Sequence record: NC_102605.1
Reading direction: 5' to 3' (one strand)
DNA: 50,633 nt
Origin: a phage
Below, piece by piece: positions 14,728 through 24,900 of this stretch. A program made the translations under genes and the position numbers. Under the pieces are notes generated by a model, which worked only from the letters and a program-made list of their open reading frames with translations, was not told the DNA's origin and searched no databases. How positions within the stretch are numbered: the stretch's first letter is position 1; each line of letters opens with the position of its first letter.

Positions 14728-15336
14728 ATGAGCGAAATCAAAATTGCCGCCTCAACTGGCGAAATAGACAAACGCACAATCAATGGTAACAACGGCGTAA
14801 GACGTGGTAAAGATCGCAAACGTCGCGCACCTGTTAGCGGTTATCTTGTATTAAAGGAAGAAGTAAGAGCCGGATTAAAAGCGCGGCTTGATGAAGTTGT
14901 CAACGCTTACGGCGGTTGCGCTGCCCTGGCGCGTGAAATTGGAGTTAACCTTAAAACAGTATGGGGATGGAAAGAGCGCGGCATGATTTCAACTAAAGGC
15001 GCTGAACTGATCCAGAAAGATTACCGCCGCAAAGGTTTTAACGGTTTCCGCGCTTCATATTGCCGTCCAGATATCAAGTTTGATAATAACGGCAAGCCAT
15101 TAGAGAATCGTTGCAGCAACAGAAAGCTGATGCGATTTGTAACCAAAGAGGAAGCGGAAGCAAGAGGATTTGTGCGGCCTTACGATCCGTTACGGTCTAT
15201 GAGTCCAGAAGAACGCGAGAAAGAGAAAGCGCGGCGCAAGGCTGAACGCGACAAGGCGAAAGAAGAACAGCGCAAAGCAAAGGAGGCCAATCAGAAGAAA
15301 CGCGTTGTGATTTCCGTCGATAGCACTGATTGCTAA
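14728..15336 (+). CDS. Cro/YdaS-like HTH DNA-binding protein with Lys/Arg/Glu-rich C-terminal tail (202 aa)
   Basis: HTH signature GGCAALAREIGVNLKTVWGWKERGMIS; AGGTGA RBS. Confidence 0.55.
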   Translation: MSEIKIAASTGEIDKRTINGNNGVRRGKDRKRRAPVSGYLVLKEEVRAGLKARLDEVVNAYGGCAALAREIGVNLKTVWGWKERGMISTKGAELIQKDYRRKGFNGFRASYCRPDIKFDNNGKPLENRCSNRKLMRFVTKEEAEARGFVRPYDPLRSMSPEEREKEKARRKAERDKAKEEQRKAKEANQKKRVVISVDSTDC

Positions 15337-15394
15337 AAATTCCGGCCTGGCATGGTTTATCATCGTGCCAGGTTTTTTATTTGGAGGTTGAGAA

Positions 15395-16321
15395 ATGCAT
15401 TATCAAAAAGAAGAAGTTATCCCAAAGATGCGCGGCATGTGGCAAGCGGCATTGATGAAACTTTGCGATATTCCTCAATTAACATTTAACGGAAAGCATC
15501 AGCCTTGCCCTTATTGCGGCGGTAAAGATCGCTTTCGTTGGACTGACAAAATCAACGAGAAAGGCGACGGCGGAAACATTTGCAACCAATGTGGTAATGA
15601 TTCAGGGATCGGATTGTTCATGCGCATACGTGGTGAAAATTACAGTGAAGCAATCGACACGCTAGGCGAATGGTTAAACCTGGTTCCGGTTGAGGTTGTC
15701 AACAAGGCTAACAAAGCGGCAAAACGTGATTCCGGTTACAACTTCGGATCGCAAGCGCCTCATGAGAAATGTGTTGAGGTTATGGATAAAACTGAACGCA
15801 TGGAAATAACAAACCTAAGCGTTTTTGAGGCGTTTTATCCATTAGACGGCGAATCGTATCAAGTTGGCGTAAAAACTCATGACAATGGATATTGCGAGCA
15901 TATACACGCTATTCCTTGCCACCTGGTGCATAGTGATGAATTGGATGATGACATGTGCAATATTCTTTTCGTCAATGAGGAAGGTAAAAGCAGTTTTTAC
16001 GCGAAAGATTACACGCGCGGAAGCGTTGCGGTAACTGGCAAGACTGACAAAACAATTTACCTTTGCGTTGATTGGATTGATGCGCAACATATACACCTGG
16101 CGACGGGGCAAGAAGTATGGGCGTGTTTTTCACCTTCAAATCTTGAAATTGTTGCATACAGATACAAAGGAGATCGCAAAATGCGCGTTGTGTGCCATGC
16201 TAATGAACGCGATACTTTGATTGCTGCTGATGATCGAGAATTAGACGTAATGTTACCAGTTAACGGTAAATTCAAAAATGGAATAGAGCGGAGGCTTTAC
16301 AAGGCAAGTGACTTATTATAA
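15395..16321 (+). CDS. DNA primase-like protein (zinc-ribbon plus TOPRIM-like region)
   Basis: CPYCGGKDRFRW...CNQCG zinc ribbon as in primase-helicase Zn-binding domains; GGAGG RBS. Confidence 0.55.
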   Translation: MHYQKEEVIPKMRGMWQAALMKLCDIPQLTFNGKHQPCPYCGGKDRFRWTDKINEKGDGGNICNQCGNDSGIGLFMRIRGENYSEAIDTLGEWLNLVPVEVVNKANKAAKRDSGYNFGSQAPHEKCVEVMDKTERMEITNLSVFEAFYPLDGESYQVGVKTHDNGYCEHIHAIPCHLVHSDELDDDMCNILFVNEEGKSSFYAKDYTRGSVAVTGKTDKTIYLCVDWIDAQHIHLATGQEVWACFSPSNLEIVAYRYKGDRKMRVVCHANERDTLIAADDRELDVMLPVNGKFKNGIERRLYKASDLL

Positions 16322-16384
16322 TATTCATCCTGCTACTAACACTTTTCGATGAATCTGTTTCATTGACTTCTCGTTGTCATTGAC

Positions 16385-16412
16385 GAACCCCGCTAAGGCG
16401 GGGTTTTTTATT
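16385..16412 (+). terminator. Rho-independent terminator after the primase gene
   Basis: aaccccgc-taag-gcggggtt followed by ttttttatt. Confidence 0.75.
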
Positions 16413-16439
16413 GCATGTAACATAGCAATATCGCATAAT
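16411..16439 (+). promoter_or_regulatory. Sigma70-type promoter TTGCAT-17-CATAAT for the tail fibre gene
   Basis: Canonical hexamers with 17-bp spacer, about 40 nt upstream of the fibre ATG. Confidence 0.5.
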
Positions 16440-16476
16440 CACTACACTGTTTCAATGAATAAAATGAGGTGTAATT

Positions 16477-18606
16477 ATGGCTTTATATCGCACTGGTACG
16501 GCTGCAATGGACGCGCAAGGCGTTATCACTGGTACTGGCACAAAATGGCGTGAGCCTCTTTCTCTTATCCGCACTGGCGCAACAATCGTATTTCTCACAT
16601 CGCCTCTTAAATTGGCTGTGATTAGCGATATTGTAAGCGACACGGAAATGAAAGCGATCCAGACTGACGGCGAGCCAGTAGAAAACGGAAATTATGTGAT
16701 CCTGTTGAATGACTCTTTAACGGTAGATGGAATGGCGCAAGATGTTGCGGAAACTCTGCGCTATTACCAAAGTAAAGAAACTGTTATTGAGGAAGCGATT
16801 GAATTTTTCAAAAACTTTGATTTAAAAACATTACAGGATCTTGTTGCTCGCGCTGAGGCTTCCGCTCAAAAAACTGATGCAGACCGAGCCGCGACAGAAC
16901 AATTAAAAAGCGACACGCAAACAATTAAGGATTCCGCCGTTTCTGAAACTCAACAGATTAAAAATGCCGCTGTTTCTGAAACCAATCAGATTAAGGCCGA
17001 CACGGACGCAATAAAAAACCAAACGCAACAGATTAAAGATTCTGCCGTTACTGAGATAACCGGAATTAAAAATGAAGCGTTAGACGCGCGTGATGAAGCG
17101 GAAAAAGCACAATTTGCCGCTGAACAATCAAAAGTTGGTGCTGATAATGCAAAGGCTGGCGCTGAGACTGCGCGTGATGAAGCTCGCCAATGGGCGCAAC
17201 AGGTACAGCCTGAAAATCTGCTGCATAAGGATCAAAACCTTAATGATCTCGCAAACAAAGACCTTGCAAGGGAGGCGCTAAAAGTTGAGGCTGTTAATTC
17301 TGTAAAAGATCAATATGCTGGCGCTTATAATTCTTTTCGTAATCCTGCATGGACTTATGAACTAAGGATCGCGAATAACGGCGAGTGGCGAGTTGCAAGA
17401 AATAGCGATGGATCAACGTCTGTTCTTTCTGTTGGTGCTGGCGGCACTGGTGCGGAAAACGTTACGCAAGCAAAATTAAACTTGCAGATTGATAGATTTG
17501 TGCAAGGTTCAACTTCAACAACGATGAAGATTGGCGACTACACGTTTAGTCTTGGTGATAATGGCGAGTGGGGCGTTGTAAAGAGTGGCGTTAGTGGTTG
17601 GATCGCGCTTGGTGTTGCGCAAGGTGGTACAGGTGCAACAAGCACAGGTCAAGCAAGGCGTAATCTCGGTATTAGTGAATCTGATATACCAATTTTTGGC
17701 GGAGTTGCTCTTGATGCCTTTAATAGCTACACATCTGGAATATTTTACCTAAGAAACAAGAACACTAGCGGCGCTCAAGTTTCGTACTCTCGCGTTTATA
17801 ACGAGATTAAAGGAGGTTTTGCAAAAACAACAATTCATACAACCAGAGAGGGTGGAGGTGCTAACTATTTTCAGATTGATGAAACTGGGCTTGTTAATAA
17901 TGTTAGGGCGATAATATGTTCTCCGTCAAATGTTGGTGGCGATGGATTTACCGTTGGCGTTGTTCCTGGTGGAGGATTTGCAGACTGGAGAGATCGACCT
18001 GCTGGAATGATTGTTGAGCACCCAAGCGATGATGTTGCGGTTAACGTCTTGAAATCTGTCCGTTGGGGCGGAGATTGGGTTATGGGGATTGACGCTGCAA
18101 GGTATGGCGGTGGAGTTTGCGAGGTTCATCTAAATGTAAGGGGAACTACATACACATTTAATGATAATGGTTATGCTTCTGCTGGTCAGTGGGTTAACAC
18201 TTCGGATATTCGACTGAAAGCAAATCTAAAAGAGATTAAAAGCGCTAAAGAAAAAGTGAAATCAATAAAAGGTTACACTTATTTCAAGAGAAATAATCTT
18301 GATGAAGATGAACACTCTTTCTACTCTGAGGAAGCTGGTGTAATAGCTCAAGACGTGCAAAGTGTTTTGCCGGAAGCGGTTTACAATATTTCAGATTCTG
18401 AATATTTAGGTGTTAGCTATGGTGGTGTTACTGCTCTTTTGGTTAACGCAGTAAATGAAATGATCGATGATTCTGATAAGCAAAATGAACTAATTGCAAA
18501 GCAACAGGAGGAAATTAACACATTACGCAACGAGTTAGACGAACTGAAAAACCTTGTAAAATCAATGCTTAGCGGAAATGCTTCAACAATTCCAGAACTA
18601 ACATAA
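16477..18606 (+). CDS. Tail fibre with C-terminal intramolecular chaperone (peptidase S74-like) domain
   Basis: Repeated beta-rich Gly/Thr segments; C-terminal SDIRLK auto-cleavage-type motif followed by coiled coil; GAGGTG RBS. Confidence 0.7.
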   Translation: MALYRTGTAAMDAQGVITGTGTKWREPLSLIRTGATIVFLTSPLKLAVISDIVSDTEMKAIQTDGEPVENGNYVILLNDSLTVDGMAQDVAETLRYYQSKETVIEEAIEFFKNFDLKTLQDLVARAEASAQKTDADRAATEQLKSDTQTIKDSAVSETQQIKNAAVSETNQIKADTDAIKNQTQQIKDSAVTEITGIKNEALDARDEAEKAQFAAEQSKVGADNAKAGAETARDEARQWAQQVQPENLLHKDQNLNDLANKDLAREALKVEAVNSVKDQYAGAYNSFRNPAWTYELRIANNGEWRVARNSDGSTSVLSVGAGGTGAENVTQAKLNLQIDRFVQGSTSTTMKIGDYTFSLGDNGEWGVVKSGVSGWIALGVAQGGTGATSTGQARRNLGISESDIPIFGGVALDAFNSYTSGIFYLRNKNTSGAQVSYSRVYNEIKGGFAKTTIHTTREGGGANYFQIDETGLVNNVRAIICSPSNVGGDGFTVGVVPGGGFADWRDRPAGMIVEHPSDDVAVNVLKSVRWGGDWVMGIDAARYGGGVCEVHLNVRGTTYTFNDNGYASAGQWVNTSDIRLKANLKEIKSAKEKVKSIKGYTYFKRNNLDEDEHSFYSEEAGVIAQDVQSVLPEAVYNISDSEYLGVSYGGVTALLVNAVNEMIDDSDKQNELIAKQQEEINTLRNELDELKNLVKSMLSGNASTIPELT

Positions 18607-18611
18607 TACAA

Positions 18612-18640
18612 CGGGAGGCGCAACGCCTCCCGTTTTTATT
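18612..18640 (+). terminator. Rho-independent terminator after the tail fibre gene
   Basis: gggaggcg-caa-cgcctccc followed by gtttttatt. Confidence 0.8.
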
Positions 18641-18697
18641 TACATATTATTTACAGTTGGCAAATATCTATTACAAAAATAAATCGCACAAGCGATT

Positions 18698-18892
18698 GTG
18701 AATGATGGTCATCAACAAATGGATATTATGAAATCGGCCTTTACTGATTTTAAAGCTCCTGGCTCTATGTCTGGACTGTTGTCTATAATGAATACCGGAA
18801 CGCTTAACGCACAACAGCTTGAACTTGCAAGCCGGATCGCAGTTAAGGTAATTGCTGTTTTGGGTATCAAAGAAAGTGAAAAAGGGGCGTAA
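18698..18892 (+). CDS. Hypothetical small protein (64 aa) bracketed by two terminators
   Basis: ORF track; weak RBS; terminator immediately downstream. Confidence 0.3.
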   Translation: MNDGHQQMDIMKSAFTDFKAPGSMSGLLSIMNTGTLNAQQLELASRIAVKVIAVLGIKESEKGA

Positions 18893-18908
18893 GCCCCTTT
18901 ATTTTTAG
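18878..18908. terminator. Bidirectional rho-independent terminator
   Basis: aaaggggc-gtaa-gcccctttatttt, symmetric A/T flanks. Confidence 0.75.
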
Positions 18909-19351
18909 AATGGAATATCGTCGTCAAAATCCATAGGCGGCTCGTTATTTTGAGGCGCTTGTTGTCGTTGCTGCTGCTGTTGTGTCTGTTGAGGTTGACC
19001 CCATCCGCCTTGCGATTGTTGAGGCGCTTGTTGCTGCCCTCCGCGCTGGCTAAATTGCAGGTTAGAAAATCCAGCACTTGTTAGGGTGTTATAAATCTGC
19101 CCGTTATATTCGCTGCTATCAATGCGCAACTGGTCGCAAGATACAGAAATAATTTTACCCTGCTGGAATGCTTCACGATACCAATTATTCATTCCCTCGC
19201 TTTTTGCATTAAAGAAGAATTTGTAATTGGTGTATTGTCTGTTACCTTCTCGATCCTTATATGATTCTGAAAGCTCAACAATATACAGTGTGCCGTTTTG
19301 CCCTTGCTTAACAAAAGGCTCTTTGCGAATTTCTCCGGTGATAACGTGCAT
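18905..19351 (-). CDS. ssb: Single-stranded DNA-binding protein
   Basis: OB-fold-like N-terminus, Gln/Gly-rich linker and acidic C-terminal tail DFDDDIPF. Confidence 0.85.
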   Translation of the reverse strand: MHVITGEIRKEPFVKQGQNGTLYIVELSESYKDREGNRQYTNYKFFFNAKSEGMNNWYREAFQQGKIISVSCDQLRIDSSEYNGQIYNTLTSAGFSNLQFSQRGGQQQAPQQSQGGWGQPQQTQQQQQRQQAPQNNEPPMDFDDDIPF

Positions 19352-19389
19352 TTTATTTCCTTATCGGGGCGTTATCGCCCCGCGATAAA

Positions 19390-20052
19390 TTATTCAAAGT
19401 CAGTGATAGACTGTGATTTTACTTCCTGTTGCGGTTGGTTTTCAACTTTTTCATTCTTCGCAACATTTGCCGCTGGTTCAGCCGGATTAAAACCGCGAGC
19501 CTTTCCGATCTCCATTTTAGCTTTTAGCTTGTCGTAATGCTCTTTAATGATTCTCCGGTTAGCCGCATCAGATTGCTTGTAAGCCGTTTTAAACGTTTCT
19601 TGCAAGTCTGTAAGGTTATCGCAAGCATCAAGATCTTTTTTCCAATCCTGCGCGTTTTTGGTGGCAAGATTTGCGTCATCGTCAGCCGTTGCCAGGCCAA
19701 GAGCGGTGCAAAGCGCATAACGTCGCGCATAGCTATTTGTTGAGCCGCCGCCTTGTGGATCTAGTTTCTGCATTGGAAGCGTGAAACCATACTCAACCCA
19801 TTCATTTGATTCAACGTGAATGAAGCGAGTTAAAACCGTCATTGATTTCAAATCTTCGCCAACTTTCTGATCTTGCGTAAGGAATAAACCCTTATCAGTA
19901 AGGCCAGGCATAATAGCATCAAGAACACTGTCAAGAGTTGCATACTTGTTTTTCAGGTGCGTGTTTTGCTTATCCTTTTTTACTTTGGTGAATAACTGAC
20001 GCGCCTCAAACAATGCCTTAATTACGTTTGCGTTTTGTTCGGAAAACTTCAT
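19390..20052 (-). CDS. erf: ERF-family single-strand annealing protein
   Basis: ERF-like core (GGGSTNSYARRYAL); sits between the SSB and exonuclease genes. Confidence 0.7.
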   Translation of the reverse strand: MKFSEQNANVIKALFEARQLFTKVKKDKQNTHLKNKYATLDSVLDAIMPGLTDKGLFLTQDQKVGEDLKSMTVLTRFIHVESNEWVEYGFTLPMQKLDPQGGGSTNSYARRYALCTALGLATADDDANLATKNAQDWKKDLDACDNLTDLQETFKTAYKQSDAANRRIIKEHYDKLKAKMEIGKARGFNPAEPAANVAKNEKVENQPQQEVKSQSITDFE

Positions 20053-20098
20053 TTCATTGACTCCGGTTTAATAATGGCGGCTTGCGCCGACGTGTTAA

Positions 20099-20389
20099 TT
20101 AATGCTTTTCTTCGTTCTCGTTGTGATAATCAATCAAATTCTGGATCATGATTTCACTTGCCTGATTAATCATCTTGCGGTGTTCTTCGTTATTTTCCAT
20201 TTGAAGAACCGTTAATACAACGTTATCAATCGAATATGCAACCTTGCGAACATATTCAAGAGTTTCAGGTGATTCGCTTGGATCAATTACGCGCAAGAAC
20301 TGGCGTTGCATAATTCCTAATGCGTTTACAAATCCGCCTACGTGATCGCGCACATCTTGAATGTCTTGCTCATTGAATTGCTGTTCCAT
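20099..20389 (-). CDS. Hypothetical acidic protein (~96 aa)
   Basis: ORF track 20099..20431; internal ATG after GAGAGGA; own cassette upstream. Confidence 0.5.
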   Translation of the reverse strand: MEQQFNEQDIQDVRDHVGGFVNALGIMQRQFLRVIDPSESPETLEYVRKVAYSIDNVVLTVLQMENNEEHRKMINQASEIMIQNLIDYHNENEEKH

Positions 20390-20445
20390 TTTTATTTCCT
20401 CTCTCGTTGGTTGATGCGTGTAGTATAACACGCATCGAATGGCAG

Positions 20446-20466
20446 TTTTAGCAAAAAGTGCTATTT
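20446..20466 (-). promoter_or_regulatory. Dyad-motif cassette (minus orientation)
   Basis: Reverse complement aaatagcactttttgctaaaa; hairpin gatgcgtg/cacgcatc with tatact in the loop. Confidence 0.6.
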
Positions 20467-21520
20467 ATAAAAAACCTTTGTATTGACGACGAACCCAATC
20501 AGGTGTTTGCAGGTCAATTTCCGGCTCTCCGTTTGCGTATGAAGGCCAACTGTCATTTGCCTGGCATTCTGCAAACTGGTTTATCACACTCATGTATTGA
20601 AGTCGTCCGATCTTCAATTGTTCATCCGTCATGCGGTATGCAATCGGTAAATAAGGCTCTTTCTTTTCCTGCGCCAGCAATCTGACTACTACGGGGCGCG
20701 TTTCTTCTGGATACGCTTTCTTGAATAGGTCATGCTGCAATGCCATTTTCAAATAGTAGCCGTGATTGAATGCCAGCCTTGCAAACTCTGACGGGTTAGC
20801 GCTTGACGTTGTTTTATAATCCGTGATCACAATCGCTTCATCAAATCGCGTTGTTTCATATACCGGATTACCATCACCATCATAGCCGGAAATCACTGTT
20901 GCAAGCACATCCTTGCAAATATCAACATGGTCAATCCTTACTTTTACTTTCACGCCTTTGATAGTGCCGAAAATTGATAGCTCGCGTTGTGCTGTTGGGC
21001 TATTCATGCAAGCGTTGTGTTCCGGTATGTTTTCCAGTACACGGCGCATGGTAACGCAAGCGTCGTAATCTTTAGCCGGAACCAATTCAACCTTATCCGC
21101 TCGTGCCTGGCTCTCTGCGATCATTTCAATCAGCCACTGAACATTAAGATCCTCCCCACAATCAACCATCATTTTTATCAGGTCTGGATAAGTTTTCCCG
21201 CTTGTACCAGTCAGGCCAAAAGATTTTAACTTGCTTGCTAATGCCGTTTGGCTTGTGATCAAGTTTTCGTAATCTTCCGGCGCTGGCGCTCGGCGGTACT
21301 CTTTTGCGAACAACTCACTGCTTTGAAAGTTGGTATGTGACTGCGTACCAAAAACAAGCGCTTTGCTTTCCTCGCGTGGTCTGTATTTCCATGCTGCCGG
21401 ACAAGTTGCAAAGATTTCCGCCAGGCTTGAGCCGCTAACGTATTCAGCCGCCCAACCTTTAGGATCGTGATATTCATCATTGGTTAACTGGTCAAAGGTG
21501 TAAACTTTAAAATCGCTCAT
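20465..21520 (-). CDS. PD-(D/E)XK-family exonuclease, recombination partner of Erf
   Basis: D...E.K nuclease core (ITDYKTT region); ATG after GAGAGGA; directly upstream of erf. Confidence 0.6.
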   Translation of the reverse strand: MSDFKVYTFDQLTNDEYHDPKGWAAEYVSGSSLAEIFATCPAAWKYRPREESKALVFGTQSHTNFQSSELFAKEYRRAPAPEDYENLITSQTALASKLKSFGLTGTSGKTYPDLIKMMVDCGEDLNVQWLIEMIAESQARADKVELVPAKDYDACVTMRRVLENIPEHNACMNSPTAQRELSIFGTIKGVKVKVRIDHVDICKDVLATVISGYDGDGNPVYETTRFDEAIVITDYKTTSSANPSEFARLAFNHGYYLKMALQHDLFKKAYPEETRPVVVRLLAQEKKEPYLPIAYRMTDEQLKIGRLQYMSVINQFAECQANDSWPSYANGEPEIDLQTPDWVRRQYKGFL

Positions 21521-21544
21521 TTGGTCATCCTCTCGTTGGTATGT

Positions 21545-21580
21545 CTGCATTATAGGTCTTTGTTGCATGTAGTCAATACC
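21545..21580 (-). promoter_or_regulatory. Sigma70-type promoter TTGACT-16-TATAAT for the recombination operon
   Basis: Plus strand shows agtcaa and attata with a 16-bp spacer; homologous to the promoter at 105-140. Confidence 0.6.
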
Positions 21581-21920
21581 CTTTAAGTGTTCTTTTTGTT
21601 TTACATACGTTTATAGCTAGCACTGACAACAAAATAACATCGTAAGTTTATGATTTTACTGATTGTTGTTTTTGTGTTCCATTGTTAACGCATTTACGCC
21701 GCATACCATATATAAATACATACCATGTGATATATAACCATTAACCAATACAAAACACACAACCACCACAAACCATAGAGAACAACAGAAACAAGAAGAA
21801 TACAAATAGATATATATAATAATAATTAAACTCTAAGTGTATGTATTATATAGATATTTAATTTGTTCTTTTTGTTTTCAAGACGTTTTCAATTTTACGC
21901 CGGATTCAGTTGTGAACATC

Positions 21921-21966
21921 GTGGAACAAAAGAAAACAAAATGCCCCGACCGTTAAGCCAGGGCAT
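21921..21966 (-). terminator. Rho-independent terminator at the end of the late operon (after J)
   Basis: 7-bp stem aatgccc/gggcatt followed on the minus strand by ttgttttcttttgtt. Confidence 0.55.
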
Positions 21967-21981
21967 TGATTTACCTCCTTT

Positions 21982-24900
21982 TTATGCTTTGAATAGCAGA
22001 ACCGTTAAGATCGGCACTGCGTCTGCGTGGTTTAGATCTCCTGAATATGTAAGCGTTGTTGCTTGTCCTGCTGGCAACATAATGTAAGCACTACTACCGC
22101 CATGCATTGCAGTTGCTCTAACAGTTGCCAACCTTCCGCCATATGTTGAATCAACCCAAACAGTACCACCGCCCCATGCGCCGCCTGAGTAGGTGTAACC
22201 ATGCAAACCAACATACGGGATCACAAGGTGTCTGTTGTAGTTGACTGCCGGAATATTTACAGAACCCCAAATTGGCAATACAACAGCCTTTGCAACGTCT
22301 CCCTCAATTTTTTCAGCGTAAACAGTACCCCTAAACCATCCATCTTGCGCGTAAACGCTTCCGGTGAATGAACCATATGATGCGTAAACGCCACCCCTTA
22401 CAGTTACCTGGTTAAATTCAGCATAACCATTCTTATTAATCATCCAGCCAGCCGCGCCGCTACTCCAGTTGTTAGAGTTTATCTGATCTGCAATCTGTGC
22501 ATTACCGATAGAACCATTTTTAACAAGTAAGCTATTGATAAACACCTGATTATTTTCAACAACAAACGGCAATGTAAAGGCTCCGCTTTGAGCATTATTG
22601 ATGATCGCAAATCGTCCAGCATCAAACAGGAATTGTGATTTAACTCCGCTACCATCAGCGACAAGAGAAAGCGCCATACCTGCGCTATATTCCTGCCCGT
22701 TGTACCTGATCCCCAACTTAACGCCGTACATCGCACCAACGCTTGTACCGTTAACCCATGAATCAAGTTTCTGGTTAACCGCTGATTGGGTATCACCAAT
22801 TTGAGTTGATAACGCCCTATCCGCTGACGCTCGCGCTTCCGCTTCATTGGTGATTGCCTGGTTAACATCGGTTATCTGCGCTTTGATATCCTGCTTAACC
22901 CCATCAATTTCGCTCTCAAACGTAGCTGTAAGCTGATCAATCCTCTGGCTAATTGTTTCAGTGCTGTTAGCAATTACCTCTCTCAATTCGCTATTTTGAG
23001 CCGTTAATTTCTCGTCAAATTGCGCACTCATTTGAGTGACCTGCGTTACCCTTGCTTCTGTTTCGTCTGCAATGAGTTTCAGCGATTGCAAGAACTCCGC
23101 TTTACGCTTGCCGTTTTCAACTCGCATACGTCGCACATCTTTATCATTCGCCAATGCGTTTTCAATCACTGATTCCGCTGTGCTGTGGATCTTATCATTG
23201 GCCTTTATTGCGTTTTCCTGTAACCACTTATAGCCATCAGAATTTTCAATATCGACCTTAATATGATCCGTGATAATGCTTGTATCGTCGGAAGCCATGC
23301 CGCGCACAAAATCAGTCCAATCAGAAACGTTACCGATTTTGTCAACTGCCCTTGCCTTGTACCAGACAACATGACCCGCTGGCAGTATTGAATGCCAATA
23401 CTCATATTGCGGGAACGGTATTAGCGTTAAGAGCGTTGCTTCATCAACAATAGGATGACCATCAGAACCGTTCGGCGCTTGATGCAACTCAATATATGCC
23501 GTGTCTCCGCTTCCTTCTGGCATACCCCATTTAACGCGAATTCCGAAAACTTCATTATCAGACGCAGTAAGGTTAATTGGCCTTTCCGGTTCGCCAACCT
23601 TGCCAGTTAATCCGGCGCTTACAATGGCTGACCATCCAGACGCTGAACCATTCGCTGCAACAGATCTAACCCTTACGTGATAGTTTCCGGCGTAAATTCC
23701 TTCAACTTCCGTTTCCTTGTTGGCTGTGCGCGGCGTGTTGTTCCAGTTGCCATTGTCTTTTCTCCACTGCATTTCATAAAGGCTTGCATATTCAACCTTA
23801 TCCCATGAAACGTGCATTGTTTCCACGCTCGAGCCCTGGACAACTCGCGAATAAGATTCGATCTTGACGTTTTGCGGCGCTGGCAAAATGTCAGGCTGCA
23901 CGATTGAAGTCGGACGGTCATCAATGTTTACGCCATAATCAATTTCATCGTATTTGTTAGGATCGTATTCAACAGCCGTTATGTTGTAGGTAAATTCTTC
24001 ATCACCGTCACCCTTAGTGATTCCGGTTACAACATATCGTTGCTGTGCAATATCGGTTCGCTCAATTGCAAAAATGGTATCTGGCTGAACGTCAAAGCCA
24101 AATGTCGTGTTTAGCGTTAGCGTTTTACCGTCATCACTTACACGCGCAATGGTTCGACCAACTGGCTTACCATCCGGCTTATTTACCAGAATGCGATCAC
24201 CTGCTCTTGCGTCAACCTTAAACGGCGTGAACACCTGCAACCCGCTAACCTCCATCACGCGACCTGATAGATTCAGCGTTAGAGCGCTTGACCAAAAGTT
24301 ATCCGATACAACAATCACATCGCCTACGGTTGGGATCATACCTTCCAGACCTGTAGCAAAGTTTACCGTTGTGCTCTTGACGTTGGTTTTTAAAATCCAG
24401 CGTCCACGGCGGTTGGCTTCGCTGCGTCGTGTGCATCCAATCGCAGTAATTGACGTGCTGTTATAGCCAAAACGTAACGCCGCCTCCGTTTCGAAAACTC
24501 CCTCAACATCCTGTTGATACATGTTTTGTTCGTCGTCGAAAGTCACGTTGCATTGCGTGTACATGCTTTTTTCGCTGGCAAACGTGTAAGTGAATTCACC
24601 GTTAACCACGTTGTCATTAGTAAAGATGTATGACGCATCGCGAGGCTTATCGATCACGATTGAAAGGCTCTCACCATTCCAAAAGCTCATGCCACGGAAG
24701 ATTGAACAAATATCACGCACAAGCTGATACGCTTCTACCTGGCTCTGGATCACAACGTCGCAAAGATAGCGCGGCTCTGTTCCGCCTTTACTGTCTGGAA
24801 CCATCTGATCGCAATACTGCGCACATTCGTAAATGCTCCATTTATCAAGCGCGATGCCTAACTCTCTTTGATCGAGTCCGTAACGCTGATTGGTAATCAA

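Noticed and set aside
21917-21967. 23-codon mini-ORF with a perfect SD directly after the J stop
   Set aside because: It runs through the terminator hairpin, is very short and has no recognisable features. Mentioned under findings but not called as a gene.
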